DNA from: an uncultured Chthonomonadaceae bacterium
GTDB lineage: Bacteria > Armatimonadota > Chthonomonadetes > Chthonomonadales > Chthonomonadaceae
DNA: 64,000 bases
Direction of reading: 5' to 3'
Assembly (NCBI GenBank): GCA_963817895.1
Contig: CAWFQB010000001.1
Span: forward strand, 480,001 to 544,000
Part shown: one piece after another, positions 40,244-48,631 of the stretch
Position numbering within the stretch: the first letter of the stretch is position 1
Layout of the letters: each line of letters starts with the position of its first letter
Program-made: the position numbers and the translations under genes
The notes under the pieces: generated by a model
Seen by the model: the letters and a program-made list of their open reading frames with translations, nothing else
Told to the model about the DNA's origin: nothing
Databases searched by the model: none

Positions 40244-40331
40244 GCAGTTTGGCACAAGTAGGGAGAGCGCGAGGAGGTTGTTCGATGGATAACGCGTAGT
40301 ACACCGTCAAGGGTGAACATAGGGGTAAATT

Positions 40332-40407
40332 GTAGGGGTTCTGCTTGCTGAACCCTCCTCAATGCAAGAACTTCCTCGATGCAAGGCGCAGCAAGCAGCG
40401 CCCCTAC
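40332..40407. repeat. GTAG-type REP doublet (REPIN-like)
   Basis: GTAGGGGTTCTGCTTGCTGAACCC ... GGCGCAGCAAGCAGCGCCCCTAC; same family at 52779-52953. Confidence 0.8.
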
Positions 40408-40441
40408 TCTTGCCTTCTCCCTTGACGGACTACTTGCGTGG

Positions 40442-40738
40442 TTACATGGACTTCAATTTGCGTTTGAACTCTTTGTAGGCTTCCTCCCCATCCCGTTTCC
40501 CAATCACATAGACGGACACGATATCGGTCTCTTCTACATAGCCGTAGAGGATGCGGTACTCGCCAATGTCGGCGCGATAGTAGCCGGAAAACTCTTCGCT
40601 CTGTAAGGCTTCGGCATCGGCGGGAAATGCCTCCGCCGTAAGCGCAAGCAGTTTATTCGTGACCTGACGATGCCGCTTGACGTCGTTGAGGTTACTGATA
40701 AAATCTCTGGCGTCTTTGGAGAGGGACAGCAGAGGCAC
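40442..40738 (-). CDS. RelE/ParE-family toxin
   Basis: GYYRADIGEYRILY..VYVIGKR; lies downstream of a Phd antitoxin. Confidence 0.85.
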   Translation of the reverse strand: MPLLSLSKDARDFISNLNDVKRHRQVTNKLLALTAEAFPADAEALQSEEFSGYYRADIGEYRILYGYVEETDIVSVYVIGKRDGEEAYKEFKRKLKSM

Positions 40739-40745
40739 GAGCCGT

Positions 40746-40991
40746 TTACTCCTTCTCCTGCGTTAAAAAAGCCATTGTCTCTTCCGGCGTAAGCATGCCG
40801 TTTTTTTTGGCTTCTGCCGCCATCTGGCCCCAATGTCTATCTTCCACACCCTGCAATCTTTCATATTCCGCCTGCGAGAGCAGAACAGCATACTTACGGC
40901 CATTCTTCTTGATAGAAACCGGTTCCTGTTGGGCGCGATCAACATATTCGCCAAAGCGCGTTTGTACTTCCGTAGCCGTTGCTGAAGTCAA
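40746..40991 (-). CDS. Phd/YefM-family antitoxin
   Basis: TATEVQTRFGEYVDRAQQEPVSIKKNGRKYAVLLSQAEYERL; TTG start after AAAGGA. Confidence 0.88.
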   Translation of the reverse strand: MTSATATEVQTRFGEYVDRAQQEPVSIKKNGRKYAVLLSQAEYERLQGVEDRHWGQMAAEAKKNGMLTPEETMAFLTQEKE

Positions 40992-41074
40992 TGTGGTATG
41001 TCCTTTCTTCACCAGCCTCTGTTTCCCGTGAAGGATTTTATCTATTATAGCCGGATTACCCAAAATCGTCAACT

Positions 41075-41200
41075 GCCGCGCCCTGATCAAACAGGCGCTC
41101 ACGGAACGCGCCGCGCTGATGCGAAGCCAGCCACTTCCCGGCGAGGAAATCGTCTGCCTGCTCGACGACGCGACGGACAACTATCTTTTACTGCGCACTG
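41075..41200 (+). pseudogene. XisI-like gene fragment
   Basis: RALIKQALTERAALMRSQPLPGEEIVCLLDDATDNYLLLRT resembles the XisI N-terminus; no start codon and no C-terminal half. Confidence 0.55.
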
Positions 41201-41298
41201 TATATAGAGTGAGATATGGACGCGCGGGAGCAGGAAAGAAGACTTTCAGCACAATGTTCCTTTACGCGCTGATAGTCGCCGCAAACGAAATTGATTGC

Positions 41299-41724
41299 CT
41301 AACTCGGAGGATGTACGCCGAAGCGATGCAGCGCGGCGCGAAGATTGACCAACCCCGGACGATTCAAGCGCAACCGCGCAATTGTTGCGCGTCCCGTCGC
41401 CGTGATGCCGATAACCTGTGTCGTATCATCGTTCCATGCAAAGTGCTGTGTCCATTGCTGCTGTCGCGGATGGAACAGGGGAACTTCTCTTTCTGTCACC
41501 GGGTCTATCCCGGTTTGAAACGCGCCTTTGAAACTGTTGCATCCCAAACATGACAGCGCCAGATTCGCCTCATCCGTAGAACCGCCTCTGGCTTCGGGAA
41601 TAATATGCTCTACGGCAAACGGGTCAGAGTGAAACTCGGTCAGACAGCGATAATACTCGCATTGTCCTCTGGAACGCTCCGTAACGAGACGTTCAAGCGC
41701 CACAGGAATGTACGTTTGAGACAT
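41299..41724 (-). CDS. HNH endonuclease
   Basis: RSRGQCEY, VEHIIPEARGG..NLALSCLGCNSFKG, LFHPRQQQWTQHF, GRATIARLRLN. Confidence 0.88.
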   Translation of the reverse strand: MSQTYIPVALERLVTERSRGQCEYYRCLTEFHSDPFAVEHIIPEARGGSTDEANLALSCLGCNSFKGAFQTGIDPVTEREVPLFHPRQQQWTQHFAWNDDTTQVIGITATGRATIARLRLNRPGLVNLRAALHRFGVHPPS

Positions 41725-41729
41725 GGTGG

Positions 41730-42188
41730 TCAGGAAAACGGTATTTCCAGTTCCTGCGTGATTTCAGCAAGTGAGAGTCCACGCCGTTGAGCGAGTTCGG
41801 CAAGACATTGCCATCGTTTCGCGTTGGCGAGTTCGACTACATCTATAAGCCGGGTGAGAGTTTCCTGTTCTGCCTCCGTCAGTTCTCGTTGTTTTTGCAA
41901 AGTCAGCAAAGCATCGCGTTCCTGCCGTTCTTGCGGAGCAATCGGAGCATTGATGATTTGCAGCAGGCGCATGTCCGATTCGGGCAGCGCGTCATGGCGC
42001 AGTCCCTTACGGATACTATCAAGCAGGAACGCGGCAACTTCCTTGTCTTGTGTACGCGTTGCCTGTTGCACTTGCTCTTTCAGTTCCGCTACCTGCGCCT
42101 CCAGAGCAAGGCGTTCCAAACGCATCCGTTCTGTAGACTGTTCCAACCGGCGGTCGAACTCTTCACGGGTGATTGTCTCCAGTGTCAT
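41730..42188 (-). CDS. Helical hypothetical protein coupled to the HNH gene (putative antitoxin)
   Basis: 5 bp upstream of HNH; ELTEAEQETL..ANAKRWQCLAELAQRRGLSL. Confidence 0.65.
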   Translation of the reverse strand: MTLETITREEFDRRLEQSTERMRLERLALEAQVAELKEQVQQATRTQDKEVAAFLLDSIRKGLRHDALPESDMRLLQIINAPIAPQERQERDALLTLQKQRELTEAEQETLTRLIDVVELANAKRWQCLAELAQRRGLSLAEITQELEIPFS

Positions 42189-42567
42189 CAGGTTGGTTCC
42201 TCAAGGGTTCCGGGCTGTTCTTGGTCTGCGTTCGCCCAATCAATTTATCCAGCAAATCATAAATCGCCTCGCGTTGCTCCACAGTAATGGCTCCGATACG
42301 TCCGGCGATGGCCCGCCGATCCACAGCGCGAATTTGAAAGACCAGCGCGACAGAGGATTTATGCAGGCCGTTGTTCGCGTCAGGTTCTATCGTCAGTGTG
42401 CCAGCGAAGCGGGCGGCGACAGTCGCGCCCGTAAGCGGGACAACGATACTAAGCGGCAACTCTCCCGCATAGGTATCCTCTTGCAAGAGTATCGCGGGGC
42501 GGCGACCAGATTGCTCATGTCCGGCGCTCACCGGGAACTCTACCCAATAAATTTCACCGGGGTTCAT
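42163..42567 (-). CDS. PemK/MazF-family toxin
   Basis: GEIYWVEF..GHEQSGRRPAILLQ..VVPLT..NGLHKSSVALVFQIRAVDRR. Confidence 0.92.
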   Translation of the reverse strand: MNPGEIYWVEFPVSAGHEQSGRRPAILLQEDTYAGELPLSIVVPLTGATVAARFAGTLTIEPDANNGLHKSSVALVFQIRAVDRRAIAGRIGAITVEQREAIYDLLDKLIGRTQTKNSPEPLRNQPDDTGDNHP

Positions 42568-42794
42568 GCGAGGCTCTCCGGGTCACTGCCCTCTTCCGCT
42601 TCCCATTTCGCGATCAACTGCCACGCCTCTGCGCCGGCTCTGTCCCAAAAAGTAAATTCCTCGCGCAGTTCGGCTTGCGCCAGCGTAACTACAACGTCCG
42701 TGCCTTCCGGTAAAGTAACGCCGCCGTTCAGCACAACAACGCCATCTTTGAAGGTGCCATGAAGCGGCATTACTTCTTCTATTATTAAGGACAT
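42564..42794 (-). CDS. Small antitoxin-like protein (AF2212/DUF104-like)
   Basis: GTFKDGVVVL..LPEGTDVVV; ATGA overlap with the MazF gene. Confidence 0.7.
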   Translation of the reverse strand: MSLIIEEVMPLHGTFKDGVVVLNGGVTLPEGTDVVVTLAQAELREEFTFWDRAGAEAWQLIAKWEAEEGSDPESLA

Positions 42795-43059
42795 AGGTTT
42801 AACCCTCCTTTGCTGTCCCGCCCTCTACTTCATTCGGCAACGTAAGAGTTTACTTCCGTCAGCAGATTCTGGAACGAATTTAATCAGGTGTTTGTTTCTC
42901 TCATTATACCATGCCTGGTAACATGTCCCCCAAACCGTCAGACTATTCAATGAGGTTTGCAAAGCGCAGAAGTTGAGGTTTGGACAGCAGGAATTCAGCG
43001 CGGCCTTGTAGAATCGTGGCGTTGTTGAGGCATCAGAACGGTTTTAGAAGGCAGGCGGA

Positions 43060-44634
43060 ATGACGGACACGAATACATTGATAGGCCATGTTCTGTTTAT
43101 GGATATTGTCGCCTTCACGCAGCGGGACGAGGCGGCGAAAGAGCGGCTTATTGGAACGCTCAAACACGCCGTCCGCGCCTCCGCCGCCTATCAAAACGCC
43201 CTTGCGCAACATACAGTTCTGGATAGCTTTACGGGCGACGGCATGGCGCTGATCTTTCTGGAAGACGAAACCTCGCCCCTGCGCTGCGCCCTCGACATTG
43301 CCCATTTCCTCCTCTCCCATCACGATCTGCCCCTGCGTTATGGTATTCACAGCGGCGCAATCAAACCCGAAACCAGCGTCGGCGGCATCCCCAACTACAT
43401 CGGAATCGGCGTGGATCGGGCGCAGCGCGTCATGGATTGCGCCCTGCCCGGTCAAATCCTCGTTGCGCGCGATACGGTTGACGGCTTTCCCGCGTATGCC
43501 CAATTCGGCGCGGGTCTTCACGACCTGGGCGAACGCAAAATCAAGCATGGGAACTGGATTGCCCTGTACGGCTACTACGATGGCGCCATCGGCCTGCCGC
43601 CCGTTCCCGAATCCGAGCCGCTGGAAACCCCGTCCGGGGCGGTTCCGCTGGAATCGAAATTCTACATCGAGCGGCCCTGTGACGAAACCCTGCGCCGCCA
43701 TCTCACACATTCCAGCAGTATCGTCGTCCTCTACGGCGCGCGACAGATGGGCAAAACATCGCTGCTGGCGCGGGGAATGGAGCAGGCGCGCGAACACAAC
43801 GCCACCCTGCTGTTCACCGATCTACAGGCGTTTGAGCGCGCCGCCTTCGAGTCGCCCAAAACCTTTTATCTAGCGGTCATGGAGGATATGGCGCGTCAGC
43901 TGCGCCTCAAAGTGGATTGGGAAACGGTCTGGAGCGAACGCAGCCGTCCCAACTTCAACTTTGAACAGTTCTTTCTGGAGGAGATACTCGACCGGGCGGA
44001 GGGATCGGTCGTATGGGGAATTGACGAAGCCGACAGGCTGTTCCACGTAGAGTTCGGGCAGGATGTTTTCGGGCTTCTGCGCACCTGGCACAACAACCGC
44101 GCCAACCGTCCGCGCGAAAAATGGCGGCAGCTCACCCTCCTTCTCGCCTGCGCCGCCGATGCCCGCCTCTTTTTGCCCGACGACAACCAATCGCCGTTCA
44201 ATGTCGGCGAGCGTATTCTGCTCCATGACTTTACGCGGGAACAGGCCACCGAACTCAACTGCCGCTATCAGTTGCCCCTGAAAACCGAGGCCGAGATCGA
44301 AGCCCTGCACCGTCTCACCAACGGGCATCCGTATCTCTTCAGGCGCGGCCTGCACGAAATACGCGCCGCTCCCCTGTCGCTGTCCCGCCTTGTGGCAACC
44401 GCCGCTACGGACGCCGGGCCTTATGGCGACCACCTGCGGCGTCTGCTGGCCCTGCTCCAGCGCGAACCGGAACTGAACCAGACAGTACAAAGTATGCTCA
44501 ATGGCGGTCGCTGTCCCGATGAACGCCTGTTCTATCGCCTGCGCAGTATCGGTGTTCTCGACGGCTTCAGTTGCCTTGATGCTCACCTGCGCTGCCCGCT
44601 TTATCGCGATTATTTTGCCTGCTGCCTTGCCTGA
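43060..44634 (+). CDS. Class III nucleotide cyclase domain fused to AAA_35-like STAND NTPase
   Basis: VLFMDIVAFT, TGDG, RYGIHSG, AQRVMD, GQIL; then GAVPLESKFYIER, ARQMGKTSLL, IDEAD, SPFNVG, NGHPYL. Confidence 0.85.
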   Translation: MTDTNTLIGHVLFMDIVAFTQRDEAAKERLIGTLKHAVRASAAYQNALAQHTVLDSFTGDGMALIFLEDETSPLRCALDIAHFLLSHHDLPLRYGIHSGAIKPETSVGGIPNYIGIGVDRAQRVMDCALPGQILVARDTVDGFPAYAQFGAGLHDLGERKIKHGNWIALYGYYDGAIGLPPVPESEPLETPSGAVPLESKFYIERPCDETLRRHLTHSSSIVVLYGARQMGKTSLLARGMEQAREHNATLLFTDLQAFERAAFESPKTFYLAVMEDMARQLRLKVDWETVWSERSRPNFNFEQFFLEEILDRAEGSVVWGIDEADRLFHVEFGQDVFGLLRTWHNNRANRPREKWRQLTLLLACAADARLFLPDDNQSPFNVGERILLHDFTREQATELNCRYQLPLKTEAEIEALHRLTNGHPYLFRRGLHEIRAAPLSLSRLVATAATDAGPYGDHLRRLLALLQREPELNQTVQSMLNGGRCPDERLFYRLRSIGVLDGFSCLDAHLRCPLYRDYFACCLA

Positions 44635-44701
44635 AAGCAACGCGAACAACCATAGTTATCAAATGAGTTATCAATGGGCGGCATTATCGCCTTTCCTGAT
44701 A

Positions 44702-44823
44702 GGCAGAGATTGAAAATCCCTGGCTGAACAAAGCAAGCGTCCCTCAGACGCAACCTTCTATCAAAATTCCCGCGTCTGAGGGACGCTTGCACTCTCCTGC
44801 CGGGTGTTTTCAACACCCGGCCT
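44702..44823. repeat. Compound palindromic intergenic element
   Basis: Perfect 19-bp IR GCAAGCGTCCCTCAGACGC (44733-44751 and 44772-44790) nested in TTGAAAA/TTTTCAA-centred hairpins. Confidence 0.65.
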
Positions 44824-44872
44824 ACCGGGATAGATTCTAAATTCTGCTCTGCGTTCTTCAAAGGAGGAGAGC

Positions 44873-46066
44873 ATGGCTTCCAAACAACCGGCGTCTGATG
44901 CGCCCGATTCCAAACGCCCGTCGCGTTCTCGCCTGCCTGCCGGGTCACGCCTTATCTGGAGTCTGGTATTTCTGGCGATTGTGGGCAGTGTCGGGGTTCG
45001 AATTCGTCATGCGCGGATGCAGGCTGCCGCCGCCGCCGTAAAGCCGTCTGTGGACATTCACGAAGCGCCCGCGTTATTAGAAGAGCGGCTGAAAACGGTT
45101 CCCCCGGCACTACAGGAACAGGCAACGCTCGGCTATGCGCGGGATGCAAGCGCGGCCCTGCGCTATGCCGCAATGGACGAACTGGCGAAACTGCGCTCGC
45201 CTGCCGCCGCGCAGGCAATGGAGCAGGCATTTACCGACTCGGACAGCGAAGTGCGCAAGCGAGCCATGGAAAACTTGATTCAAGCCGACAAACCGCGCGG
45301 ACTGCGCCTGCTGCTTGCCGGGCTGCATGATGGGGATTCGTGGATACGCGAGGATGCCGTTTCTCAACTCAATGGCCGTATCGAACGCAAAAACAGCGGC
45401 GTGGACAAACAGTTCGTCCCCATGCTGATGACGGCCATTACCGACACGAATGAGACTGTGGCCGCGACCGCCGTTCACGCGCTGAGTAAACTGACAGGCA
45501 ATCCCTGGCGGTTTTCCGTTCTGGATAAGGACGAGAAGCGCGGAATGGTGATTGCTAAATGGCAGCAGTGGTGGCAAAAATCAGGCGCGGGCTGGCCTGT
45601 CTCGCCGGAATGGGCCGATGTGCCGCCGCAGTTTCCCACGCGCGCCGATGCCGCGCCCGCCTTTGAAGTGGACGATACGCGCGGCAAAACCCTCCGCAGC
45701 GACGATCTGAAAGGCAAAATCACGCTAATCAATTTCTGGGGAACCTGGTGTCCGCCCTGCAAAATGGAGATTCCGGCTCTTGTCAAGATTGACCGGATGT
45801 ACCGGGATCGAAACGTTGCGGTTGTGGGTCTGACGGTCGGGGACAAAAGCGAAGCCGGCGTTGAAACCTGGTGCCGCGCGAATGGCGTTGAATATCGGCA
45901 GGCGCTGTCAACGGAGGAGGCGCGGCGGGCGTTCGGCGGCATGGAAGAGGTTCCCGTTTCGTTCCTGATAGACCCGCAGGGGCGAATCCGCTACCAGTGG
46001 GACGGGGAACGCGATTTCGGCACATTTCAGGCGGCTATCGAGCGGCTGCTGCATGAAAATAGTTGA
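44873..46066 (+). CDS. Membrane-anchored HEAT-repeat plus TlpA-like thioredoxin protein
   Basis: TM helix, D.D..VR..A HEAT repeats, INFWGTWCPPCKMEIP, VPVSFLIDPQGRI. Confidence 0.85.
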   Translation: MASKQPASDAPDSKRPSRSRLPAGSRLIWSLVFLAIVGSVGVRIRHARMQAAAAAVKPSVDIHEAPALLEERLKTVPPALQEQATLGYARDASAALRYAAMDELAKLRSPAAAQAMEQAFTDSDSEVRKRAMENLIQADKPRGLRLLLAGLHDGDSWIREDAVSQLNGRIERKNSGVDKQFVPMLMTAITDTNETVAATAVHALSKLTGNPWRFSVLDKDEKRGMVIAKWQQWWQKSGAGWPVSPEWADVPPQFPTRADAAPAFEVDDTRGKTLRSDDLKGKITLINFWGTWCPPCKMEIPALVKIDRMYRDRNVAVVGLTVGDKSEAGVETWCRANGVEYRQALSTEEARRAFGGMEEVPVSFLIDPQGRIRYQWDGERDFGTFQAAIERLLHENS

Positions 46067-46138
46067 GGGTTGCAGCCTTTCCTGCGGGTGGACGCTCGAG
46101 TTGAGGGTTGAGGGTTGAACGGCATTGCGTCTGCTACT

Positions 46139-46795
46139 TCAATCCTCCAACGGCAAAATCCCCCGGCGAATGGCGTAGCGAACAAGATCGGTTTGCGAGT
46201 GCAGGTCTAATTTTTGCAGGATGCGGGCGCGATGCACCTCTACCGTGCGGGAACTGATGGACAGCTTCTCGGCAATCTGGCCGTTGGTCGCGCCCTCCGC
46301 CGCCAGTTGCAGCACTTCGCGCTCCCGGTTGGTCAGCGTGTCGTACACATCCAGCGTACCCGTCTGCGCCTGCTGCACATACGCTTCGATAGCCCGCTCG
46401 GAAAGCGGCGGGCATAGATACCGATGCCCGCCCGCTACCGTTCGCACGGCTTCGGCAAGCGTTTCCGCGCTGGCGCTTTTCAGGATATAGCCCGCCGCCC
46501 CGTTGCGCAGGGCTTCCAGAACGTAGGCTTCATTGGCATGCATCGAGAGTACCAGAACGCGGGTTTGCGGGACGCGCTGCCGCACCTGCCGCGTTACTTC
46601 CAACCCGTTCAATCCCGGCATCTGCACGTCCACAATCAAGACGTTCGGCTGTAGCCGCTCCACGAGGGCGCTCACCTGCAATCCCTCGGCAGCCTCGCCA
46701 ATGACCGTAAAATCCGGTTCGGTATTCAGCAGTGTCCGCAATCCCTGCCGCACCACATGATGATCTTCCGCCAGTACGAGGGTGATTTTATTCAT
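46139..46795 (-). CDS. NarL/LuxR-family response regulator
   Basis: LAEDHHVVRQGL, DVQMPGLNG, GYILK, LTNREREVL. Confidence 0.95.
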   Translation of the reverse strand: MNKITLVLAEDHHVVRQGLRTLLNTEPDFTVIGEAAEGLQVSALVERLQPNVLIVDVQMPGLNGLEVTRQVRQRVPQTRVLVLSMHANEAYVLEALRNGAAGYILKSASAETLAEAVRTVAGGHRYLCPPLSERAIEAYVQQAQTGTLDVYDTLTNREREVLQLAAEGATNGQIAEKLSISSRTVEVHRARILQKLDLHSQTDLVRYAIRRGILPLED

Positions 46796-48335
46796 GAGGG
46801 TGTTTTCCCAGCGGTAGTTCCGCCGTGATGCAGGTTCCCGTTTCCGGCGCGGGGGCGGTTGTGGATTCTATGGTCAGGCGTCCGCCCAATAGCGTTGCCC
46901 GCTCTTCCATGCCGAGCAACCCGCCCGTGCCGAAACTGCCCCGGATGCGGGGCGCGTCGAACCCGCAGCCCCTGTCCACAATCTGAACTCCAAGCAGACT
47001 GCGCGTGGCCCACAGACGGACGGTGACTTCGCCGATATGGGCATGGCGCGCCACATTGGTCAGGCCCTCCTGCGCGATACGATACGCGGCGGTTTCCACT
47101 TCTACGGGGAAACGCTGTTCCACGCCTGTATGTTCGCAGCAGACTTTTACGCCCGTCAGGGCGGAATAGCGCCCGAAATGCCACAGCAGAGTCGGCAGCA
47201 ATCCCAGATCGTCGAGCATGGCGGGGCGCAAATGCAGGGACAGGTCGCGCGCGTGGGTTATCAACTCGTTAATCAGGGCAAGCGCGTCGGTTAGATTTGC
47301 CTGCGAATTGGGCGGCGATTGCCGCGCGCTCATTTCCAGATTCAGTTTTAAGCCCGTGAGCGTCTGCCCGATCTCATCATGCAGTTCGCGCGCAATCTGC
47401 CGCCGTTCGGCCTCCTGCACCTGCACCAGTCGGCGCGACAGCAGTTGCAGGCGTTCCCGGCCTGCGCATACCTCCGCATACAACCGGGCATTCTCAACGA
47501 CCACGCCGATCTGCCTGCCAAGCGCGATCCAGAAGGCAGGGCCGTACCCGTCGCCCTCTCCGGCCTGCCGCCCGCCTATGTATAATGCGCCCTGAAGTTC
47601 TTCATTGGCGATCAGAGAAATGGCGGTTCCCTCCAGACTGCCGAATTTCCACGCGCCCGGTTGATGTTCAAAACTATCCACAGGCAATTCCGCCCACTCC
47701 CGCGCAAACGTTCCCGGCAATCCCCACGACGCTTTCAGGCTCAAATGAGAGTGTTCCTCATTTGCCACGAAAATCGCGCCACAGGCAATGTTCAGTCGGG
47801 ACATTAATTGCTGCTGAAGGCGTTCCAGAACCACGCGCATCTCCAGAGAAACGCTGACCGCGCTGGTAATGCTGTTGAGCGCGGCAAGTTCATCCTTTAC
47901 GACAGTTAATTCCTGCACAAGGTCCTGCGAACGCCGATCCGCCGCCCGTGTTCGCGCCTGCAAGCGTCCGCCCACGCCATTGATAAGCAGGGCGACAAGG
48001 ACAAACAGCAGCAGCGTAGGGGCGTCGCTACGATAAATCGTAAACGAATGAAAGGGCGGCAGGAAAAAGTAGTCGTAGCAGGCGACGGAAAGCAGCGTCG
48101 CGCAAATGCCGACATACAAATCTCCAATGCTTGTGCTGACAATCACGGCGATGAGGAAAAAGACGGACGAGGGAGATTTCTGCCCCATCCCCTCTTGCAG
48201 CAGACGGGTAGAAAGACAGGCAGCGGCAACGGCAAGCGTGGGAACCCCAAAACGCAACCCAAAGGCGCGCGAGAACGCAGGCGGCGCTTTTGGGGAGTGG
48301 GGATTGACTTTTGTGTTTATATCCAACGGCATCAT
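46788..48335 (-). CDS. Sensor kinase: DUF4118 (KdpD-like TM), GAF-like, HisKA_3 and HATPase domains
   Basis: YDYFFLPPFHSF, ERRQIARELHDEIGQ, QEGLTNVARHA, DRGCGF; start approximate. Confidence 0.88.
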   Translation of the reverse strand: MMPLDINTKVNPHSPKAPPAFSRAFGLRFGVPTLAVAAACLSTRLLQEGMGQKSPSSVFFLIAVIVSTSIGDLYVGICATLLSVACYDYFFLPPFHSFTIYRSDAPTLLLFVLVALLINGVGGRLQARTRAADRRSQDLVQELTVVKDELAALNSITSAVSVSLEMRVVLERLQQQLMSRLNIACGAIFVANEEHSHLSLKASWGLPGTFAREWAELPVDSFEHQPGAWKFGSLEGTAISLIANEELQGALYIGGRQAGEGDGYGPAFWIALGRQIGVVVENARLYAEVCAGRERLQLLSRRLVQVQEAERRQIARELHDEIGQTLTGLKLNLEMSARQSPPNSQANLTDALALINELITHARDLSLHLRPAMLDDLGLLPTLLWHFGRYSALTGVKVCCEHTGVEQRFPVEVETAAYRIAQEGLTNVARHAHIGEVTVRLWATRSLLGVQIVDRGCGFDAPRIRGSFGTGGLLGMEERATLLGGRLTIESTTAPAPETGTCITAELPLGKHPHE

Positions 48336-48631
48336 CCCTGAATTTCTCGCCTTCCCTGTTCCGGGCGTTTTCAATATCCGGCAAACTGACTATACGCGCA
48401 TTGTCGCCAACCACCAACCACCAGCCGCCAATCACCAATGATAAGGGCAATCCGACAACAAAATACGTATTCGCCCTCATGCGCTTTCTATGCGAATGTG
48501 TTTCAATAGACAGGGACGTTTCTGCCTGTAACTTTGTTGCTGAGATACGTTCCGTCAACCGCAGCAATGCAGCCGTCGGTCGCTTCCTAGTTCCTCTGCC
48601 GAAAATGCGACGCGCTGCCCGGAGGTCATTC

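Noticed and set aside
40992..41180. N-terminal extension of the Phd antitoxin
   Set aside because: Antisense to the XisI-like remnant; the RBS supports TTG 40991
43060..44634. Calling this a Pycsar or CBASS system
   Set aside because: No adjacent cyclic-nucleotide-binding effector gene is seen, and the cyclase is fused to a STAND NTPase
48311..48631. Upstream extension of the KimA-like permease
   Set aside because: Overlaps the divergent kinase start and a heptamer repeat; GGAGG supports GTG 48632
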